From the NCBI GenBank assembly GCA_964408485.1, contig CAYOZJ010000006.1:1-54104 (forward strand): 54,104 bases of DNA. Reading direction: 5' to 3'. A program made the position numbers and the translations under genes. Positions within the stretch are counted from its first letter, which is position 1, and the number at the start of each line of letters is the position of its first letter. This document shows positions 1 to 9,068 of the stretch, in pieces. This DNA comes from an uncultured Gammaproteobacteria bacterium. Its GTDB lineage: Bacteria > Patescibacteriota > Microgenomatia > Levybacterales > UBA12049. The notes beneath the pieces are model-generated. The model ran no database searches and was not told where the DNA came from. It saw only the letters and a list, made by a program, of their open reading frames with translations.

Positions 1-57
1 AAGTATAATAGCCTCGAAATCTATGGTTATATTAGTCCAAGACTCGCGGAGCAAATA

Positions 58-276
58 TTACTTTTTAATTTCTTCCTTGTGTTCGACTTTCAAAATGATG
101 TTTGGTTTAACTTTTGCCAGCGCCGGAAGTAGATGATTTAAAACTTGTTCAGGGGTCATTCTAAATTTATTCCCTTTAGCTGAAATTTTAAGCCATCCGT
201 CTTTGTCCTTATAATATTTCTCAGTAAAATTTTTTGTCCCAAGTAATATTACATAACTTTCATTTCTCAAATTCAT
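58..276 (-). CDS. hypothetical protein (72 aa)
   Basis: ATG-started Lys-rich ORF with normal composition; no recognised motif. Confidence 0.6.
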   Translation of the reverse strand: MNLRNESYVILLGTKNFTEKYYKDKDGWLKISAKGNKFRMTPEQVLNHLLPALAKVKPNIILKVEHKEEIKK

Positions 277-374
277 AGTTAAAGTTTAGCACAATAGGTT
301 CCACGTTTTTTACGAGGCGGAGCTTTTGAAAAAGTCTGCTAGATTAGATTTCATTTTTTTGTTAGTATAAAAAT

Positions 375-827
375 ATGCTGAAAGACATTACTCCCAATCT
401 CTGGTTTGACGGCAACGCAAAAGAAGCAGTTGAGTTCTATGTGTCTGTTTTTCCAGATAGCAAGATTATTTCAACTGAATATTATCCAAAAGAAGGGTTA
501 GCTGATTTTCAAAAAGAAATGGCTGGCAAAGTACTAACGATAGAATTTGCCCTTATGGGCAATCAATTTGTAGCAATTAATGCTGGGCCAGAGTTTAAGT
601 TTAATGAGTCAATATCCTTTTCGGTTCCATGTAAAGATCAAGAAGAGATTGATTTTTATTGGGAGAAACTATCTGCAGTACCTGCATCAGAGCAATGTGG
701 ATGGTGTAAAGATAAATATGGACTTAGTTGGCAAATTGTCCCAGAAAATATGAATGAACTCATGAAACGACCAGATTCATTTGCCAAAATGATGGAGATG
801 AAAAAGATAGTTATTAAGGACTTCTAG
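375..827 (+). CDS. VOC family protein (PhnB / 3-demethylubiquinone-9 3-methyltransferase-like)
   Basis: ITPNLWFDGNAKEAVEFY start, NAGPEFKFNESISF, CGWCKDKYGLSWQIVP. Confidence 0.9.
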   Translation: MLKDITPNLWFDGNAKEAVEFYVSVFPDSKIISTEYYPKEGLADFQKEMAGKVLTIEFALMGNQFVAINAGPEFKFNESISFSVPCKDQEEIDFYWEKLSAVPASEQCGWCKDKYGLSWQIVPENMNELMKRPDSFAKMMEMKKIVIKDF

Positions 828-898
828 CATCTGATTCCTAATTTTTCCACTTTGGTTTAAGTTTTTCAATGTAGTCTTCATGTAGGAAGTCCCTTGTC

Positions 899-927
899 TT
901 GATTTCTTTGGAAGGTAGGAATACAAT
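899..927 (+). promoter_or_regulatory. sigma70-type promoter of orphan ORF
   Basis: TTGATT(899-904), 17 nt, TACAAT(922-927), 9 nt before ATG 937. Confidence 0.6.
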
Positions 928-936
928 TTGAGCAAT

Positions 937-1353
937 ATGGCAGATGAAGTAAGAGAAATGTGGGAGCAGATTCTGGGAAAACCAGAGCCTGGTGCTAAGC
1001 GTTTGTTTCCAAGATCACGACTAGTACCAGAGTCAGCGATAGTGAAGGGTCCTAGAAGAAAAAGAAGTCTGTCTCGAAGAATAGGTCTAGTAGATATTAA
1101 TCCACATGATGTTGGCTCTGTTCCGCCACCTCAATTAGGTGGTCACACAGGTAAGGGATGGCATGGACCAAGACCTGATAGTTCAGCGCCCAGAGGTGAA
1201 CCAACGATATATCATGTGGGAGATTTATCTGCGCCAAGAGGTGGTAATAAATTTGGGGATCCATATAGTGTAGGAGGTGGGAGTAGAATTGGCCCAAGGG
1301 GAAGATTTGTGGGACATGGTCCGCGTCCAGAAGCAGTACAAATTAAAAGGTAA
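937..1353 (+). CDS. orphan Gly/Pro/Arg-rich protein
   Basis: ORF 928-1353; ATG 937 fits the promoter; internal repeats HGPRP x2 and SAPRG x2. Confidence 0.6.
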   Translation: MADEVREMWEQILGKPEPGAKRLFPRSRLVPESAIVKGPRRKRSLSRRIGLVDINPHDVGSVPPPQLGGHTGKGWHGPRPDSSAPRGEPTIYHVGDLSAPRGGNKFGDPYSVGGGSRIGPRGRFVGHGPRPEAVQIKR

Positions 1354-1425
1354 TTGGTGCTAAAAAGGGACCTTTTACCTGCAATATTGATCTCAAAAAT
1401 GAATGGGACATGATATAATTTCCCC

Positions 1426-1854
1426 ATGGCAGAGCCAAAAACAAAAGTTAGCAACAAAAATCCAAAAGATTTCCTCAATACGATTCAACCAGAACAAAAA
1501 AGATTAGACAGTCTTAAGCTTCTTGAAATATTTGAGAAAGTCACTGGAGAAAAAGGAGTTATGTGGGGAGGAAGCATTGTGGGATTTGGTAAATATCATT
1601 ATAAATCCGAAAAGAGTAGTCAGAAAGGAGACTGGATGTTGGTGGGATTTTCTCCACGCAAGCAAAATATAAGTTTGTATATTATGCATGGGAATACAGA
1701 TAATCCACTGCTTGAAAAATTAGGAAAACACAAGACAAGCGGGGGATCAATAGGAGGATGTTTGTATATCAATAAACTTTCCGATGTTGACCAACATGTA
1801 TTAATGACTCTTATAGAAAATTCATTCCATAGCAAGCGGATGTATTCTCAGTAA
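1426..1854 (+). CDS. DUF1801 (YdhG-like) protein
   Basis: MWGGSIVGFGKYHYK, GFSPRKQNISLY, LGKHK...CLYINKLSDVD. Confidence 0.9.
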   Translation: MAEPKTKVSNKNPKDFLNTIQPEQKRLDSLKLLEIFEKVTGEKGVMWGGSIVGFGKYHYKSEKSSQKGDWMLVGFSPRKQNISLYIMHGNTDNPLLEKLGKHKTSGGSIGGCLYINKLSDVDQHVLMTLIENSFHSKRMYSQ

Positions 1855-1929
1855 GTTTCCTATTCTCTCTTTTTGAATAAAATCATTTGTAATTGATTTC
1901 ACACAAAGGGTAAGGTAAAATTACAATCA

Positions 1930-2160
1930 ATGCCTTCCGGACCATGTTTAAAAGATGTATTTAAAAACACTGACGCTAGTGGTAATCAAACAGGTCGGTA
2001 TCGTCCTTGCCAGCAACTTTGCGAGCGTCGACAAGCGGCTGAGATGTTGGGAGAAGGATTGATTGATCCAAATATGACCGATGATCAAAAACGAGGACTC
2101 AGAAGAAATGGTGCAGGAGTTCATCAAAGTTCGCCGACAAGATGTGCAAGGCCGGACTAA
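1930..2160 (+). CDS. orphan small 4-Cys protein
   Basis: 76-aa ORF; own promoter TTGATT(1893)-17-TAAAAT(1916)-8 nt-ATG. Confidence 0.55.
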   Translation: MPSGPCLKDVFKNTDASGNQTGRYRPCQQLCERRQAAEMLGEGLIDPNMTDDQKRGLRRNGAGVHQSSPTRCARPD

Positions 2161-2216
2161 TTACACTACCTATATTCACGAGGTAAATTGACTTTCTCTG
2201 GTATAATACAAAAGAC

Positions 2217-2525
2217 GTGACAAAAAATCCTTTTATTAATGCTCTTTGTGCCTTAGCATATATTGTCCTTGTTGGTGTAGTAATGAATTTTGTTTCTCAC
2301 ACACAAAGCAATAAGCCAGATACGATTTTTGCCCCAATTGCTGCTTTGTCGCTCCTTACTCTTTCTGCTGTATCTATGGGATACTTTTTTCTCTATCAAC
2401 CTGTTCTACTTTTTCTAGATGGGAAGAAAAAAGAAGCAACCACACTTTTTGCCCGGACTATTTTAGTGTTTGCTGGTATTACATTTATTATCTTCGCTGT
2501 GCTTTTATCAGGCATTCTGCATTAA
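2217..2525 (+). CDS. small three-TM membrane protein
   Basis: Three hydrophobic segments; TGgTATAAT 9 nt before GTG. Confidence 0.8.
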   Translation: MTKNPFINALCALAYIVLVGVVMNFVSHTQSNKPDTIFAPIAALSLLTLSAVSMGYFFLYQPVLLFLDGKKKEATTLFARTILVFAGITFIIFAVLLSGILH

Positions 2526-2590
2526 ATAAATTCAAATCCGTATAGCAGTCATAATTGACTTATAGTCTAAATAAGCATATAATTTCCGGC

Positions 2591-2878
2591 ATGGCAGATA
2601 GCTTACAAGAACCAGATGCGTATACCCAAGCTCTGAATGAGCTTACAAAACTTCAGCGCGAGTTAGTTACGGAAATTCATAAAGAACCTCTTGATTCTGA
2701 TGCGATTTTTAGAATTCATCCGAGGCGCGTCAGAGCACATCGAGCTATTTTCAGAGCAGGAGAAAGGCGTTTGTCAGATAGTGCAATAAACAGAGATATA
2801 ACAAATGCTGAGTTAGGCGTTTATAATGAAAGTAGAACAGGAAGAGAAAAACCTTTACGACCATTTCCTCTCTTATAA
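2591..2878 (+). CDS. orphan helical protein
   Basis: TTGACT(2555)-17-TATAAT(2578)-7 nt-ATG(2591). Confidence 0.65.
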   Translation: MADSLQEPDAYTQALNELTKLQRELVTEIHKEPLDSDAIFRIHPRRVRAHRAIFRAGERRLSDSAINRDITNAELGVYNESRTGREKPLRPFPLL

Positions 2879-2944
2879 AACCAAACGTAGACTCTTTCAT
2901 TTTCTATAAAATTTTTCCACAGTGTGCTACTATTGGGAGGAAAT

Positions 2945-3502
2945 ATGTCAGCAATACATTTTACAACCAAACTTTTTACTATCAATTCCTGGACGATTCT
3001 CAGGTTGCCTGAGGATGCAAGCGTTAAGCTTCCGTCAAGAGGCATGATTATGGTTAAGGGACAGCTCAATGGTATTCCATTTAAAACCTTGCTCGAACCA
3101 GATGGGGTATATGGATTAGGGAAAAAACCAAGTCACTGGTTTCGACCTGATAAAAAATTACTTGATGATGCGCGTGTCACAGCAGGCGATACAGTAGAAG
3201 TTGCATTAGAACCAACCAAAGAATGGATAGAGCCGGAAGTGCCAGTTGATGTTAAAAAAACATTGTCTTCTTCTCCAAAAGCAGAGGCTTTATGGAAAGA
3301 TATTACACCAATGGCTCGGTGGGATTGGATTCGTTGGGTACGCGCTGTTAAAACAGAAGAAACACGAAGGAAGCATCTTGAAGTAATGCTTGATAAGCTC
3401 AACAAGGGAATGAGGCGTCCGTGTTGTTTTAACCGTAATCTTTGTAGCGAGCCGCATGTATCACATAATTGGGTTCTTCTTGCACCACAAACAACTGAGT
3501 AA
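2945..3502 (+). CDS. DUF1905 + YdeI/OmdA-associated family protein
   Basis: LPSRG...LEPDG...HW N-terminal domain; ITPMARWDWIRWV...ETRRK...RRPCCFNR C-terminal domain; GGAGG RBS. Confidence 0.88.
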   Translation: MSAIHFTTKLFTINSWTILRLPEDASVKLPSRGMIMVKGQLNGIPFKTLLEPDGVYGLGKKPSHWFRPDKKLLDDARVTAGDTVEVALEPTKEWIEPEVPVDVKKTLSSSPKAEALWKDITPMARWDWIRWVRAVKTEETRRKHLEVMLDKLNKGMRRPCCFNRNLCSEPHVSHNWVLLAPQTTE

Positions 3503-3546
3503 AAAAGGAGAGAATAACCTTTATTTTATCAGGTGAAATAAGTAAT

Positions 3547-4017
3547 TTATTTTATGCTTTGAGAAGCATTGGGAGGAGCGGGTTGTTTTATTCGAGCTAC
3601 TGTTTCGTTGAGAACTCTATTTGCTGCAGTTTCTGGACTTGCTTCTCCAAACCTTTTACTCTCCATATAACCCTTTGCTAATTTTTGTCGAAAGCCGTTA
3701 ATTGTTCCAACCTCCTGGACATATATGGGAAGTCTTGACCGGGAAAGTATTCTCGCTTGGTGTTCACGAAGAGCGTCTTGAGCCTTTTTGTTAGCGTCTA
3801 TTGCTTCTTTGGTGGGTTGAAGTTCTGCAATGACTTCGGCAGTACGAGCTGTTGTTTGAAGTGAGTCAGCTGTCACTTGATCAAGGAGGGCAAGGAATTT
3901 GGAATCACGCGTATCATTTTTTACCCCGTTATAATATGTTGCAACTGCTTGTTCTGCATTAGCAAACTGATTGGAAGGGGATTCTTGAGACTCTTCTGGT
4001 TTTACTTCGTTTGGCAT
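3547..4017 (-). CDS. orphan helical protein
   Basis: 156-aa ORF; minus-strand promoter TTGACA(4052-4047)-17-TACGAT(4029-4024)-6 nt-ATG. Confidence 0.7.
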   Translation of the reverse strand: MPNEVKPEESQESPSNQFANAEQAVATYYNGVKNDTRDSKFLALLDQVTADSLQTTARTAEVIAELQPTKEAIDANKKAQDALREHQARILSRSRLPIYVQEVGTINGFRQKLAKGYMESKRFGEASPETAANRVLNETVARIKQPAPPNASQSIK

Positions 4018-4061
4018 AAAATGATCGTATTGTATCGTTTCAAGTCTGTCAACTGTGTGGG

Positions 4062-5897
4062 TTAATTAGCAGGTACGCTGGAAAAATTTTTCTTCTTTCC
4101 CAACATAGCTATCATATCCCCAACATATTTTTGCCTACGTTTTGCATCGTCAAAGGACGTATAGGTGATTGCTTTTCCATCGAGAATAAATGATTTATAG
4201 TCGGATGCGCTATAGGTACTGGTAAACCATTTTTCAAGTTCTGTCTGATCTTTATCAAAGTAAAAACGTAACAGAAGATCTTTGGGTAGTTTTTTTACTA
4301 ACGCTGCTATTACCTCGACTTCATCAGGATATCCAAGCGACAGAGATTCTGGCTCAACATAGTTTGATAATATCTTTACCTTAAGATAATCAGTTATTCC
4401 TTCTTCTAAAAAGGTATCAAGATTTTTTGTATTACTTGATGAATAGAAGTGTAAGTATTCATGAAGTGTTGTGTCTAAATAAAAAGAAAGCGTTTTCTTT
4501 TCTTTGTCATAGTATTTCACAAAAATAAGCTTTGGTGGATCAAAAACACCATTTTGCAGCTCAGGTGTAACCGGATTATCAAGTGCCTCTTGGTAGCTTT
4601 GTTTTGCTGTTGCCAAATCAACAATAGCAGATTGTTTGTATTGTGCTTGAGATGCGATGTTTTCGCTAGCTTGTTTTCTATCATCTTCAACAACTTGGAT
4701 ATTGCTTCGAAGGATATTCAGATTTTCATCAATTTTACTTCTCCCTTGCTCGCACAGTGGGTCATTACCAAGTTGTGCTGTGCAGTCAGAATACCAGTGC
4801 GCGAAGTCTCTAGAATAGTTGTCGTATTCAGTCTGCGCGTTTTGTTTGTCTGTTGTATACGAATTAATAATTGCTTGATTTTTTTGGATAATATCATCGG
4901 ACTCGGTAATAAATCCTTCTACATAGGAAATATAATCTCGCTGTTTTTGTAACAACGCTTCTTCCTGCTTTTTTTGTTCTACATTGTAGTCTTTATCATT
5001 GAGAAATGAAATTGTTGGAGACTTAGGGTCTTTTTTAAATTCCACCTGTACCATTCTGTCTGCAAGAAGAGGAAGAAGTTTTTCGATTGCTGCTCTATCT
5101 GCCACAGTGACAACAAGTGTGTTATTAGGAAATAAAAGTATATGAGAGGTAAGTTTTTTGTTTTTATTTTGTTTGCTATCAAGTTGATAGGGAAGAAGAG
5201 AAGCGTTGTAAAGTGTACTTTTTCCATCTTTAGGAATCTTAAGGTAGCTTAGCACAGCTCCTTTTACGGGATTTAATTCAGCAATCGAAAAATTATGTAG
5301 TGATGATGATTTGATTGCACTAGCAATAGTATCTGTTGATGTTACAACTTCTGCTTTACGCAGTATTGTTGGATTGTTCAATTTTGTAATTGTATTTTGT
5401 ATTTCTGTATTTGCTTTTATAGACAAAGCAAAAATTGTTGCATGCGGACCAAAAAACAAAACAATAAGTGACACCCCGGCAATGCTTTGCATACTAAAAA
5501 AATACACAACAAGACCTATCATGTGAATCTTTTTTCTTTCATGAAAAATTTTAAGAAGTACAAAAAGCTCAACGGCAATGGCAAGGCCTATTAAAAGAAC
5601 AATATCTGCAGTACAGAGAAAATAATTAAAAGTTACAGAACAGGTAAATGTATGAGAAAGAAGTGAAAGGGGAAGTGTGGAGGTATTGGTTACTTCAAAG
5701 ACTTTTGCGTAAAGAGTAAATGCAACCAGATTATATAAATATAAAAATGATAATACGGAAATTATGAGAACAAAGAAAAGGTAAAAAACATAATTACTCT
5801 TCCCCAAAAATAATATTTTTCCGGTTTTCCTGAGCCATGGAGCAAGGTGGTGGAGTTTGTGAACATGATGAGTTTTCATAAATCGCAATACCCTCAT
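4062..5897 (-). CDS. membrane-anchored coiled-coil protein with C-terminal zinc metallopeptidase (gluzincin) motif
   Basis: About 3 N-terminal TM helices, long coiled coil, HEYLH followed by LEEGITDY. Confidence 0.75.
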   Translation of the reverse strand: MRVLRFMKTHHVHKLHHLAPWLRKTGKILFLGKSNYVFYLFFVLIISVLSFLYLYNLVAFTLYAKVFEVTNTSTLPLSLLSHTFTCSVTFNYFLCTADIVLLIGLAIAVELFVLLKIFHERKKIHMIGLVVYFFSMQSIAGVSLIVLFFGPHATIFALSIKANTEIQNTITKLNNPTILRKAEVVTSTDTIASAIKSSSLHNFSIAELNPVKGAVLSYLKIPKDGKSTLYNASLLPYQLDSKQNKNKKLTSHILLFPNNTLVVTVADRAAIEKLLPLLADRMVQVEFKKDPKSPTISFLNDKDYNVEQKKQEEALLQKQRDYISYVEGFITESDDIIQKNQAIINSYTTDKQNAQTEYDNYSRDFAHWYSDCTAQLGNDPLCEQGRSKIDENLNILRSNIQVVEDDRKQASENIASQAQYKQSAIVDLATAKQSYQEALDNPVTPELQNGVFDPPKLIFVKYYDKEKKTLSFYLDTTLHEYLHFYSSSNTKNLDTFLEEGITDYLKVKILSNYVEPESLSLGYPDEVEVIAALVKKLPKDLLLRFYFDKDQTELEKWFTSTYSASDYKSFILDGKAITYTSFDDAKRRQKYVGDMIAMLGKKKNFSSVPAN

Positions 5898-5959
5898 AGT
5901 ATAGGTTGGAAATTATGTAAATCAAGAGACAGTTATAACAAGAGAAGGATGAGAAAATC

Positions 5960-6379
5960 TTATGATGCTTTTTTTGGAGACCTTTTCTTCTTTTCTACTG
6001 GTACTTCTTGAGTTTCAGCTACATCTTCAGTCTTTGGTGCGGGAGAAGTTGCCTTTTCTAAAATAGAAAGGATTCTGTCAACTTTTGCACTAAGCGCTGC
6101 TAATTGATCGTTTTGTTGAGGTCTTTCTTCATTTCTTGGAGTAAATGCAGGCCGGGGAACATTTCTGTCGTCTTGTCTTCCACCGTTCATTTGTTGGAAA
6201 CAATCTCTACAGTAGACTGGTTTTTCTCCTGTTGGTCGGAAAGGGACTTCGCATTCTTTGCCACAATTACTGCAAATTGCTTTATGCATTTCTCTAGGCC
6301 CGCGATCATTAAAGCTACGTTTTGGACCAAATGATCGTCCACGTCCGCCTCCGAATCCACCTCGATTGAAATTACCCAT
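5960..6379 (-). CDS. CxxC-x17-CxxC domain protein
   Basis: RGG-rich N-terminus; EMHKAICSNCGKECEVPFRPTGEKPVYCRDCF. Confidence 0.92.
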   Translation of the reverse strand: MGNFNRGGFGGGRGRSFGPKRSFNDRGPREMHKAICSNCGKECEVPFRPTGEKPVYCRDCFQQMNGGRQDDRNVPRPAFTPRNEERPQQNDQLAALSAKVDRILSILEKATSPAPKTEDVAETQEVPVEKKKRSPKKAS

Positions 6380-6465
6380 GAATGTATTGTACCAGGTTTG
6401 AGATTAGCTTGTACGGGGAGTATTTTGCTCATATCCACGGTCTCGGAATCCTCTATAATAGATGC

Positions 6466-6582
6466 ATGGCAAAAAGAGATCCAAAAAGACGAAGAACCCA
6501 TTCTCGCAAAACAACAAAGCGTCTTGAAGCAAAACGTGTCATGCTGTTAGCTAGAAAACCTCGTAAAAGTAGAGCAAAATAA
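6466..6582 (+). CDS. very small basic protein (38 aa)
   Basis: MAKRDPKRRRTHSRKTTKRLEAKRVMLLARKPRKSRAK; TATAAT(6454-6459) 6 nt before ATG. Confidence 0.65.
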   Translation: MAKRDPKRRRTHSRKTTKRLEAKRVMLLARKPRKSRAK

Positions 6583-6639
6583 TTACTACTTTGTAATTGC
6601 CCCTTGCTAAGTTATTTTAATTTACCCGTATAATAAGAA

Positions 6640-7551
6640 GTGGCAAAGAAAAACATAAAAAAAATTTCACATCGTAAAACGTTTGCGTTTACGTTATTGC
6701 TACGATTTTTCCCTCTCTTCCTTCTGATCGGAATTATTACCGGAGGATTTTTCTGGTACCAGTCGCGTGCTGTCCCTGATTTGGGAGATGAAAGTGAGAT
6801 GACCATGCTTCCTCCTGATTTCCAACATGTTCTTGGTGTATCTGCAACACCGAATGAAAAAGGTCAACAGATTCGTGTACCTATTTTTATGTACCATTAT
6901 GTAGAGGCAAATCCTACTGATGGGAGAGAAAAATTTAATATTCCACCAAGTGTTTTGCAATCTCAAATAGAAACGCTCAAAGGAGCAGGGTACACATTTA
7001 TTAATGCTCAGGAGCTTACCAATGGTATTACAGGAAGAAGAAAGCTTCCTGTAAAAAGTATTATGCTGACTTTCGATGATGGATATATGGATTTATATAC
7101 GGATGTTTTCCCAATTCTAAAAAAAGAAAATGTAAAAGCAGTTGCATATATTATTACTGGCTATCTTAATAGGCCAAATTACTTATTTACATATCAGCTG
7201 GAGGAATTAGCAAAAAGTCCACTTATTGAAATAGGATCACACACGCTTGATCATCCAGGACTTGCCGGAATGAATAAAGAAAAAGCAACAGAAGAAATCG
7301 TTGAAAGCAGAAAGTTTTTGCAAGATTTACTTCATATACCAGTTAACTCATTTGCCTATCCCTATGGATCGTTTGATCAACAGGCAATAGATATTGTGAA
7401 GGATACGTGGTACAGCAATGCAGTATCGGTTATTCCAGGAGATATGCAAAGTATAGATAATAAATACTTTCTCAATAGACTTCGACCAGGATATCGATCT
7501 GGACAAGTTTTACTTGATTTTCTTAAACAAGATACATTCCAGCCTTGGTGA
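6640..7551 (+). CDS. polysaccharide deacetylase (CE4, IcaB/PgaB-like), membrane anchored
   Basis: PIFMYHYV, LTFDDGY, EIGSHTLDH, FAYPYG; N-terminal TM. Confidence 0.93.
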   Translation: MAKKNIKKISHRKTFAFTLLLRFFPLFLLIGIITGGFFWYQSRAVPDLGDESEMTMLPPDFQHVLGVSATPNEKGQQIRVPIFMYHYVEANPTDGREKFNIPPSVLQSQIETLKGAGYTFINAQELTNGITGRRKLPVKSIMLTFDDGYMDLYTDVFPILKKENVKAVAYIITGYLNRPNYLFTYQLEELAKSPLIEIGSHTLDHPGLAGMNKEKATEEIVESRKFLQDLLHIPVNSFAYPYGSFDQQAIDIVKDTWYSNAVSVIPGDMQSIDNKYFLNRLRPGYRSGQVLLDFLKQDTFQPW

Positions 7552-7577
7552 GCCTGTATCGTAAGGGAAGGGGAGAA

Positions 7578-8069
7578 TTATTGGACAGTAAGAGTGCCCA
7601 CCATACCTTTTTCTGCATGGCTATCTACAGTGCATTTAAAACTAAATGATCCTGTTTTGCTTGGAGTAAACGTAATGGTATCTATCTCTCCGGGTTGAAT
7701 TGTTTTTGTTTGTGCATCAAGGTCAGCAATGGTGAGGTTGTGTGGGTATTTTCCATTATTTTTAAAAGTAAGCGTAACCGGTTGATTTACTTTTACGGTA
7801 ACATTCGACGGTGAATACGAAAATTCATCGCCACTTATGCTAACTGTCTGCGCAGCAGCAGAAGGAGAAGCATTGCTTGGTTGCACACTTTGTGTCGAAG
7901 GCATTTGGTATGGATTGGTGCTTTGACCAGAGCCACCTTTATTGGCAAAGACAAAGTAATAAATAAGCCCGTACAAAAGTGCACCAATCACAACATATAA
8001 AACAACCCATTGCCAAAGAGGACGCTTGCCGTAGCTATAATTTTCCGAAGATTGTATTTCCTCAGCCAT
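7578..8069 (-). CDS. membrane-anchored cupredoxin (type-1 copper) protein
   Basis: TM, linker, PHNL and C-TVDS-H-AEKG-M ligand set. Confidence 0.9.
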   Translation of the reverse strand: MAEEIQSSENYSYGKRPLWQWVVLYVVIGALLYGLIYYFVFANKGGSGQSTNPYQMPSTQSVQPSNASPSAAAQTVSISGDEFSYSPSNVTVKVNQPVTLTFKNNGKYPHNLTIADLDAQTKTIQPGEIDTITFTPSKTGSFSFKCTVDSHAEKGMVGTLTVQ

Positions 8070-8185
8070 CTCTATCTATCTTGCTGCAGAGGAGAGAAGA
8101 TGTCAAGGTTTTGAGGAAATGTTTACACAATTCATACAGAAGTACATTTCTTTTTTGGCTTCTTTTCTTTTATACTAAAGTGGAT

Positions 8186-8443
8186 ATGACAATTTCATCT
8201 GTTAGGGATGCAAAAGAACAGGCAGCGCATTGGTTGGAAGAAGCAGGCAATGAATTATATGTTGAAGATCGAAGCGTTGCAGGTTTTAGAAATTTATTCT
8301 ATCCTGTTTCAGGAAAGCGATTACCGAGGCCCCGATTTGGTGCTTGGTTTGAAGATCAGGTAGAAGGAGGACATAAAGGTGCTGAGGCAATGAGACTTTT
8401 TCGTAATGCACGAGGACTTCGGCGCGAAGCAAGAACAAGATAA
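8186..8443 (+). CDS. orphan Arg-rich protein (85 aa)
   Basis: 3' part of ORF 7979-8443; TATACT(8171) 9 nt before ATG 8186. Confidence 0.55.
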   Translation: MTISSVRDAKEQAAHWLEEAGNELYVEDRSVAGFRNLFYPVSGKRLPRPRFGAWFEDQVEGGHKGAEAMRLFRNARGLRREARTR

Positions 8444-8484
8444 ATTCTTAGTTCTTCATTTTGAAAATTTGATATACTGACACA

Positions 8485-9066
8485 ATGCAAAAACTCTTCC
8501 TTTTCATGATGACCTCTCTAGATGGTTATATGGAAGGAGAAAATCATGATCTTTCCTGGCATAATGTCGATACAGAGTTTAATGAATTTGCTGCAAAACA
8601 GTTAGAAGAAATAGATTCGATTTTTTTTGGAAAAAATACCTACGAACTCATGGAAGGTTACTGGCCAACAGCGAAGCCCGAAGACCAATTTGATGCCGTT
8701 GTTGCAAAGCACATGAATACGCTTCCTAAGTATGTTTTCTCTCGTACCCTCCAGACGGTTATTGGTAAAGACGCATGGCAAAATGTTCATCTGGTACCAT
8801 CTGTTACTCCTGAGTTTATCCAGAAAGTAAAACAAGAATCAGAAAAGGATATAGCAGTACTGGGGAGTAATAATCTTTGTGTAACTCTTTTGGAGAATAA
8901 TCTTCTTGACGAACTTCGTATTATGGTTAATCCTCTTGTGATTGGTAAAGGAATTCCACTTTTTGCAGGAATAGAAAAGAAAGAGCAGTTTCATTTAGAA
9001 AGTTCAAGGAGTTTTAAAAATGGTAATGTGTTATTAAGGTACTCTATTGTGAAAGGGGGTGAATAA
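8485..9066 (+). CDS. dihydrofolate reductase-like / RibD C-terminal domain protein
   Basis: MTSLDGY, GKNTYE, LPKYVFSRTL, LLDELRIMVNPLVIGKGIPLF. Confidence 0.92.
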   Translation: MQKLFLFMMTSLDGYMEGENHDLSWHNVDTEFNEFAAKQLEEIDSIFFGKNTYELMEGYWPTAKPEDQFDAVVAKHMNTLPKYVFSRTLQTVIGKDAWQNVHLVPSVTPEFIQKVKQESEKDIAVLGSNNLCVTLLENNLLDELRIMVNPLVIGKGIPLFAGIEKKEQFHLESSRSFKNGNVLLRYSIVKGGE

Positions 9067-9068
9067 TT

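Noticed and set aside
46-323. GCGGAGC direct repeat flanking the 72-aa ORF as a target-site duplication
   Set aside because: Only 7 bp, with no terminal inverted repeats or recombinase; chance cannot be excluded
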